Virus record (IMG/VR): IMGVR_UViG_3300025840_000024 | Source: an uncultured virus (IMG/VR IMGVR_UViG_3300025840_000024) | Taxonomy: Duplodnaviria > Heunggongvirae > Uroviricota > Caudoviricetes | Direction: 5' to 3' (one strand) | Length of the DNA stretch: 20,000 nt | Part shown: positions 16,218 to 20,000 of the stretch, one piece after another | How the letters are laid out: each line of letters begins with the position of its first letter | Numbering within the stretch: the stretch's first letter is position 1 | Made by a program: the position numbers and the translations under genes | Notes under the pieces: generated by a model | What the model was told of the DNA's origin: nothing | Databases searched by the model: none | The model's input: only the letters and a program-made list of their open reading frames with translations

Positions 16218-16625
16218 ATGTTTTCAGATTCAAAAGTTGCTGTTCTGGAATCAAAGCTTGGAATCTATGAAGATCTTTCGAGAGAGATGCTTTCGAAACT
16301 AGAATCAGCAGTAGAAAAGATATCAGAAGGTAATAATCGTATTGCTCAAATTCTCACGAAACATGATGAGAGAATTGAGCAGAGTATGAAGACTGATTCT
16401 CTCATTATTAAAATGATTGATGAGTTAAAGGAAGATAGCGAGAAAGATCATAAGATTTTACATGAAAGAATTGATAAGATAGAAACAGAAATAAAAGCAT
16501 TCTCAAAGTTTCGTTGGCAAATCGGTGGAGTCTTGGTAGTTGTAGCACTTCTCATTAGTGCCGGTACTATTCTTCCACTTTCCTTGACCCAACAGGCACC
16601 ACAGGTTATAATGGAGAGACGATAG
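16218..16625 (+). CDS. Coiled-coil protein with C-terminal transmembrane helix
   Basis: Heptad-like helical body, then WQIGGVLVVVALLISAGTILPL; GGAG SD. Confidence 0.85.
   Translation: MFSDSKVAVLESKLGIYEDLSREMLSKLESAVEKISEGNNRIAQILTKHDERIEQSMKTDSLIIKMIDELKEDSEKDHKILHERIDKIETEIKAFSKFRWQIGGVLVVVALLISAGTILPLSLTQQAPQVIMERR
16584..16612 (+). promoter_or_regulatory. Sigma70-type early promoter for primase-nrdAB
   Basis: TTGACC-17 nt-TATAAT, 26 nt before the primase ATG. Confidence 0.8.
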
Positions 16626-16638
16626 TATTGTCTCTGTA

Positions 16639-17610
16639 ATGGATCTAGTTGACTCCAAGTATATTGGTCTGATTTCTTCACGCCTACAAAAGTTCAAAAA
16701 GGTCAAAACAGATCTCTATAACTTTCGGTGTCCTATTTGCGGAGATTCGCAAAAGAACAAAAATAAGACAAGGGGATATCTCTACCAGGTCAAAAATAAC
16801 ACAAACTTTAAGTGTCATAATTGTGGCGCGAGTATGTCATTGAATAATTTTCTCAAGCAGATGGATACTACGCTGCATAAGCAGTATACACTTGAGAAGT
16901 TCAAGGAAGGGCACACTGGCAAAAACTTTGTGGTTGAAGAACCAAAGTTTGATTTTAAGAAACCTGTATTCAAACAATCTATTGATCTTCCAAAGGCATC
17001 AAGTAATTCTGTTGCGAAGAAATATCTTGAAAATAGAAAATTGGACCCGGATAAATTTTACTATGCGGAAGGATTCAAGCGGTGGACAAATACACAAAAA
17101 AAGACTTTTAGCACCATAGGTAGAGATGAACCGCGTATCATCATTCCAATGTACGATGAAGATAAAAATTTGATTGGGTTTCAGGGAAGAGCACTAGATA
17201 AGTCTCCCAATAAATATATCACCATTATGATTCAGGAGGAGGCACCGAAGATATATGGACTGGAAAAAATCAATAGAGACTTACCTATCTACTTGGTCGA
17301 AGGACCCTTTGACAGCACTTTCGTCTCTAATAGTGTGGCTTTGTGTGGCAGTGACGGTGACATTCGTTGTCTTGAAGGAAGCAGTATTATTTTTGTTTAT
17401 GATAACGAGCCCCGCAATCGAGAGATTGTTGGAAGGATTGAAAGATGTATCGAACGAAATGAAAGCGTCGTCATCTGGCCAAGCAACGTAAAAGAAAAAG
17501 ATATAAACGATATGATTCTTGCTGGACATGATGTTCAGTCTGTGCTAGAATCGAATACCTACTCTGGTTTGGAAGCAAAGATCAAATTTAACAATTGGAA
17601 AAAGATATGA
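16639..17610 (+). CDS. gp61: DNA primase
   Basis: Zinc ribbon CPICGD...CHNC; TOPRIM motifs VEGPFD, YDNE, KDIND. Confidence 0.96.
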   Translation: MDLVDSKYIGLISSRLQKFKKVKTDLYNFRCPICGDSQKNKNKTRGYLYQVKNNTNFKCHNCGASMSLNNFLKQMDTTLHKQYTLEKFKEGHTGKNFVVEEPKFDFKKPVFKQSIDLPKASSNSVAKKYLENRKLDPDKFYYAEGFKRWTNTQKKTFSTIGRDEPRIIIPMYDEDKNLIGFQGRALDKSPNKYITIMIQEEAPKIYGLEKINRDLPIYLVEGPFDSTFVSNSVALCGSDGDIRCLEGSSIIFVYDNEPRNREIVGRIERCIERNESVVIWPSNVKEKDINDMILAGHDVQSVLESNTYSGLEAKIKFNNWKKI

Positions 17611-19904
17611 CGAACGGAACAAAAGTTGTCAAGAGAAATGGGTCTATTGAACCTCTTGATTTGAATAAACTTCATAAAATGGTTGATGAGGCATGTAAAG
17701 ACCTTGCCGGGGTCTCTGCAAGTCAGGTCGAAATTCAATCAGGTATTCAGTTTTATGATGGCATTCCAACGGCAAAGATTCAAGAAATTTTGATTCGTGC
17801 CGCAAGTGATTTGATTGATCTTGACCATCCCAACTATCAGTTTGTGGCAGCACGTCTTCTTCTGTTTTCTCTTCGCAAACAGTTGTATGGTCGTATGCAC
17901 GAAACACCAACTGTAAAACAGCACGTGGACCAATGCATTAAAAAAGGTGTTTACGATGCAGAAATTGCGGACCTTTACACTGATGAAGAGTTTGATAAAC
18001 TACAATCATTTATTGATCATGATCGTGACTTTTTGTTTACATATGCCGGATTGCGGCAGGTTGTGGATAAATACCTAGTGCAAGACAGAAGTAGTGGTGC
18101 TCTTTACGAAACACCACAGTTCATGTATCTTCTGATTGCCGCAACTATCTTTTCGAAGTATCCTAAAGAGACCCGTCTCGATTACGTAAAGAAGTATTAT
18201 GACGCAATCTCAAAACACCGAATCAACATTCCCACACCTATCATGGCAGGAGTGCGAACTCCACTTCGACAATATGCTAGCTGTGTTCTTGTTGATGTTG
18301 ATGACTCCCTCGATAGCATCTTTAGTTCTGATATGGCTATCGGTAAATACGTTGCACAAAGGGCGGGAATCGGTATCAACGCAGGTAGAATCCGTGGCAT
18401 CAACAGCAAAATCAGAGGTGGAGAAGTGCAGCATACAGGTGTTGTCCCATTTCTCAAAAAGTTTGAAGCAACTGTCAGATGTTGCACTCAAAATGGCATA
18501 CGAGGTGGATCAGCAACTGTCCACTTCCCCATCTGGCACCAAGAAATAGAAGACATTATTGTTCTCAAAAACAATAAAGGAACAGAAGACAATCGAGTAA
18601 GAAAACTTGACTACTCCATCCAAATTTCAAAACTTTTCTATGAGCGTTTCATCCAGAATGGAGAGATTAGCCTGTTCTCACCGCATGATGTTCCAGGACT
18701 CTATGATGCTTTTGGTACTGATTCATTTGATGATCTCTATGTGGGCTATGAACAAGATGAGTCTATTCCAAGAAAAACTATTGGTGCTCAAGAACTCATT
18801 CTGGACATCCTGAAACAGAGGGCAGAAACTGGTCGTCTCTACATCATGAATATCGACCATTGTAACTCTCACTCTTCCTTCATGGATAAAGTTGAGATGA
18901 GCAATCTGTGTCAGGAGATTACGCTTCCAACCAAACCAATCAAGCATATTGACGATGAAGATGGGGAAATTGCTCTGTGTATCCTTTCTGCTATTAATAT
19001 TGGTAAAATCAGGTCTTTGGAGGATCTTGATGTTCTGTGCGATCTTGCAGTTAGGAGTCTTGACGAACTTATTGATTTTCAGCAATATCCCGTCAGAGCA
19101 GCAGAACGCGCCACCAAAGCACGCCGTTCCCTTGGAGTAGGTTATATTGGTCTGGCACACTATCTTGCCAAGCACGGGTGGTTCTATGACGATCCTAATG
19201 CCTGGAAACTGATTCATGATCTTTCAGAGGCATTCCAATATTATCTGATTCGTGCTACAGTAAATCTTGCCAAAGAAAAAGGATCATGTGAATTCAGCCA
19301 TCGTACCAAGTATGGACATGGAATTCTGCCGATTGATACATACAAGAAGGATGTAGATGAGATCGTACCAAATGAGCTTCATTACGATTGGGACGGTCTT
19401 AGAGAGGATGTCAAGAAGTACGGAGTACGGAACTCAACATTGTCCGCACAAATGCCTTCAGAGAGCAGTTCCGTTGTGTCAAACGCAACAAATGGAATCG
19501 AACCACCTCGTGCCTTTCTGTCCGTTAAGAAGTCCAAGAAAGGAGTTCTCAAGCAGATTGTCCCACAATATAGCAGTCTTAAGAGCAATTATACGCTTCT
19601 TTGGGATATGGAGTCCAATCGTGGTTATATTAATGTTGTTGCTGTGATGCAAAAGTTCTTTGATCAGGCAATTTCTGGTAACTGGAGTTATAATCCAACT
19701 AAGTTTCCTGACAATGAGATTCCTATTTCTTTATGGGCACAAGATCTTTTGACTACATATAAGTACGGTTGGAAAACCAGTTATTATCAAAACACGTACG
19801 ACAACAAAAACGACGAACTTGAAGAGACAAATTCAACATTAGATAATTTAATTTCTGAAATAGAAAACACAGCGGAGGAAGATTGTGAGTCTTGTAAAAT
19901 TTAA
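17607..19904 (+). CDS. nrdA: Class Ia ribonucleotide reductase alpha subunit
   Basis: ATP cone VVKRNG, SNLCQEI, TSYY, C-terminal CESC; ATGA overlap with primase. Confidence 0.98.
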   Translation: MTNGTKVVKRNGSIEPLDLNKLHKMVDEACKDLAGVSASQVEIQSGIQFYDGIPTAKIQEILIRAASDLIDLDHPNYQFVAARLLLFSLRKQLYGRMHETPTVKQHVDQCIKKGVYDAEIADLYTDEEFDKLQSFIDHDRDFLFTYAGLRQVVDKYLVQDRSSGALYETPQFMYLLIAATIFSKYPKETRLDYVKKYYDAISKHRINIPTPIMAGVRTPLRQYASCVLVDVDDSLDSIFSSDMAIGKYVAQRAGIGINAGRIRGINSKIRGGEVQHTGVVPFLKKFEATVRCCTQNGIRGGSATVHFPIWHQEIEDIIVLKNNKGTEDNRVRKLDYSIQISKLFYERFIQNGEISLFSPHDVPGLYDAFGTDSFDDLYVGYEQDESIPRKTIGAQELILDILKQRAETGRLYIMNIDHCNSHSSFMDKVEMSNLCQEITLPTKPIKHIDDEDGEIALCILSAINIGKIRSLEDLDVLCDLAVRSLDELIDFQQYPVRAAERATKARRSLGVGYIGLAHYLAKHGWFYDDPNAWKLIHDLSEAFQYYLIRATVNLAKEKGSCEFSHRTKYGHGILPIDTYKKDVDEIVPNELHYDWDGLREDVKKYGVRNSTLSAQMPSESSSVVSNATNGIEPPRAFLSVKKSKKGVLKQIVPQYSSLKSNYTLLWDMESNRGYINVVAVMQKFFDQAISGNWSYNPTKFPDNEIPISLWAQDLLTTYKYGWKTSYYQNTYDNKNDELEETNSTLDNLISEIENTAEEDCESCKI

Positions 19905-20000
19905 GACCAGTGTAGATGACAACAAAACGGTCAGTCAAATGACCGTCTTCAATTCAGAAGAAGTAGATACAAAAAAACAACCCATGTTCTTTGGAAAACC
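19885..20000 (+). CDS. nrdB: Ribonucleotide reductase beta subunit, 5' part (runs off the window)
   Basis: GGAGGA SD then GTG 19885; open frame reads ...MTVFNSEEVDTKKQPMFFGK; alternative ATG at 19939. Confidence 0.85.
   Translation, partial: MSLVKFKTSVDDNKTVSQMTVFNSEEVDTKKQPMFFGK

Noticed and set aside
1..20000. CRISPR array, tandem repeat array, IS element or integrase
   Set aside because: No regularly spaced repeats, terminal inverted repeats or transposase/integrase motifs seen; intergenic space is minimal

Overview
A 20-kb segment of a T4-like myovirus, most likely a cyanomyovirus (Kyanoviridae-type gene order and content, inferred from recalled protein families). All credible genes are on the + strand and are mostly translationally coupled. 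The replication block is DenV-like glycosylase, gp44, DNA adenine methyltransferase, gp62, regA, hsp20, two small paralogues, gp43, uvsX, gp41 and mazG. It is followed by a run of tiny ORFs and tRNA-Ala(UGC). Next comes an A-rich, late-promoter block: a PD-(D/E)XK-like nuclease candidate, a shortened cytidyltransferase-like protein and probable virion proteins. The window ends with gp61 primase, nrdA and the start of nrdB. The most interesting signals are RNA-level controls: a ROSE-like thermometer on hsp20, and two hairpins over or beside start codons that overlap promoters. Also notable are the tRNA-adjacent nuclease candidate and proteins that may be packaged in the head and protease-processed. 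No database searches were run; family calls rest on motifs and recall.
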